DNA of 24,000 bases from Dorea formicigenerans (GTDB lineage Bacteria > Bacillota > Clostridia > Lachnospirales > Lachnospiraceae). Positions 22,880 to 24,000 of this stretch are shown here, one piece after another (the first letter of the stretch is position 1; each line of letters opens with the position of its first letter). The position numbers and the translations under genes are program-made. The stretch spans positions 841,423 to 865,422 of the forward strand of contig NZ_CP102279.1 in NCBI RefSeq assembly GCF_025150245.1, in the 5' to 3' direction. The notes under the pieces were generated by a model. That model did no database searches. It was not told where the DNA came from and was given only the letters and a program-made list of their open reading frames with translations.

Positions 22880-24000
22880 ATGTTTGAAATTGATGTCTGT
22901 TATAAATTTATATTTGAATCAATGCTCGAGGATGATGTATTGGGATATATAGCAAACAAGGTATATGAATATACTCATGCCGGGATATTTTTTGTGTCGG
23001 AGTCCGGAGAGATTCTGGCTTATGCCTGTTCGGGAAAAGACCAGAGCATGCGTTCGATTATAGAAGGGCATGTAACATTGGAAGATTATCCTTATTTCTT
23101 TGAGGAAGTGTCACCGAATGGAGAGTTCCAGACGGTTGCTGCGGTGAAGGATAAGAAGAAAAATATTGGATATATCATTATTCACTATAGTAATGAAGAG
23201 TTTTGGACGTTTTTTGAAGAATTAGGAACAATTCTGACGGAAACAGCAAGACAATATTTTGAAGAGAAGCAGAAGAATACGTACTTAAATCTTTCGCTCA
23301 AAGACTATATTATCGGTTGGATGATTTTTGAAGGACAGCATTTTGTGGAATCGGAGCAGAGTCATACATTAAAAGGAAATTATTTGATGGCTTTGTTTAC
23401 AGATGATTTTTCTGATATGGCGGTAGAGGCAGCAAAACTGGGAAGAATCTGGGAGCATTTTTACTTGTATGAAGAGAAACACTCCCTGACGGTTGTGCTA
23501 TATCAGGTTTCTGAAAAGAATGCGCAAAAGATTTATCAGATGGCGCAGAAAGAAAATCTGAACTGCTATATGAGTGAGACATTTGAAGATATCAATGACT
23601 GTAGAACAAAAAGAGATTTGCTAAAACAGATGGAACGGATTCCGAAGATATGTGATGTCAGAGGGGTTAAAAGAGAAAAAGATTGGTATCTTCAGGGTAT
23701 TTTTTCTTATACATTACCTTTAATCGAAGAGGCAGGACTGAGTGACTATTCGATTTTGAACTTGATAAAGGAAGATGAGAAGAATCACACAGAGCTTTAT
23801 GATACATTGAAAATGTATTTATTATGCGAAAACAATGTGACGATGGCAGCGGAAAAACTTCATGTTCACAGAAATACATTGGTGTATAGATTAAAGCAGA
23901 TAAAAGATTGTCTGGAATTAGATATTAACAATAATGAGATTTCGAGAGAACTTCTCGCATTTATGATTATGTATGACCTGTCGAAATCTTCAGAGGACTA
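22880..24000 (+). CDS. PucR/CdaR-type transcriptional regulator (3' end runs off the window)
   Basis: This ORF is missing from the ORF track because there is no stop inside the window. I translated it manually from ATG 22880, which has GGAG 9 nt upstream, and it stays open to base 24000 (>373 aa). The C-terminal PucR-type HTH reads LYDTLKMYLLCENNVTMAAEKLHVHRNTLVYRLKQIKDCLELDI. Confidence 0.75.
   Translation, partial: MFEIDVCYKFIFESMLEDDVLGYIANKVYEYTHAGIFFVSESGEILAYACSGKDQSMRSIIEGHVTLEDYPYFFEEVSPNGEFQTVAAVKDKKKNIGYIIIHYSNEEFWTFFEELGTILTETARQYFEEKQKNTYLNLSLKDYIIGWMIFEGQHFVESEQSHTLKGNYLMALFTDDFSDMAVEAAKLGRIWEHFYLYEEKHSLTVVLYQVSEKNAQKIYQMAQKENLNCYMSETFEDINDCRTKRDLLKQMERIPKICDVRGVKREKDWYLQGIFSYTLPLIEEAGLSDYSILNLIKEDEKNHTELYDTLKMYLLCENNVTMAAEKLHVHRNTLVYRLKQIKDCLELDINNNEISRELLAFMIMYDLSKSSED

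Noticed and set aside
1-24000. A scan by eye for tRNA/rRNA genes, FMN or other riboswitches, T-boxes, CRISPR arrays, integrases, and IS inverted repeats flanking the rpn/ABC segment.
   Set aside because: I recognised none of these. The FMN riboswitch expected for the rib operon would lie upstream of the window. No terminal inverted repeats or direct duplications bracketing 17-24 kb were seen, though the right-hand boundary is outside the window.

Overview
This 24 kb window looks like a low-GC Gram-positive chromosome, probably Clostridia/Lachnospiraceae-like. That assignment is an inference from gene content, strong GGAGG-type Shine-Dalgarno (SD) sites and AT-rich intergenic DNA. From 1 to about 17 kb the genes are mostly + strand housekeeping. 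They are the 3' end of the riboflavin operon (ribBA', ribH), a membrane SGNH-like protein coupled to an MBOAT-DHHW fusion protein, an RsuA/RluF-type pseudouridine synthase, ligA and clpX. These are followed by an intracellular Csp-like S8 protease with a small coiled-coil protein and an LspA-like peptidase, convergent argG, and a YedE/TusA-like sulfur-or-selenium import pair. The block ends with a PadR regulator coupled to a degenerate SEDS (FtsW/RodA-like) membrane protein, and an HD hydrolase. From about 17 to 24 kb the DNA is visibly more AT-rich and looks accessory. It carries an Rpn (YhgA-like PD-(D/E)xK) nuclease on the - strand and a ~650 bp non-coding gap containing a stop-riddled ORF remnant. 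It also carries a NitT/TauT-type ABC transporter with an enolase-superfamily acid-sugar-dehydratase-like enzyme and a PucR-type regulator that runs off the window end. I recognised no rRNA, tRNA, CRISPR array or intact IS element. Four things deserve a second look: (1) the acyltransferase-like module, in which every hallmark catalytic histidine appears substituted; (2) the PadR-coupled degenerate SEDS protein; (3) a strong internal SD plus in-frame ATG inside the Rpn gene, reminiscent of intragenic Rpn_S antitoxins; (4) the unassigned ABC/enolase/PucR locus. All family calls come from motif recognition by eye, and no database search was run.
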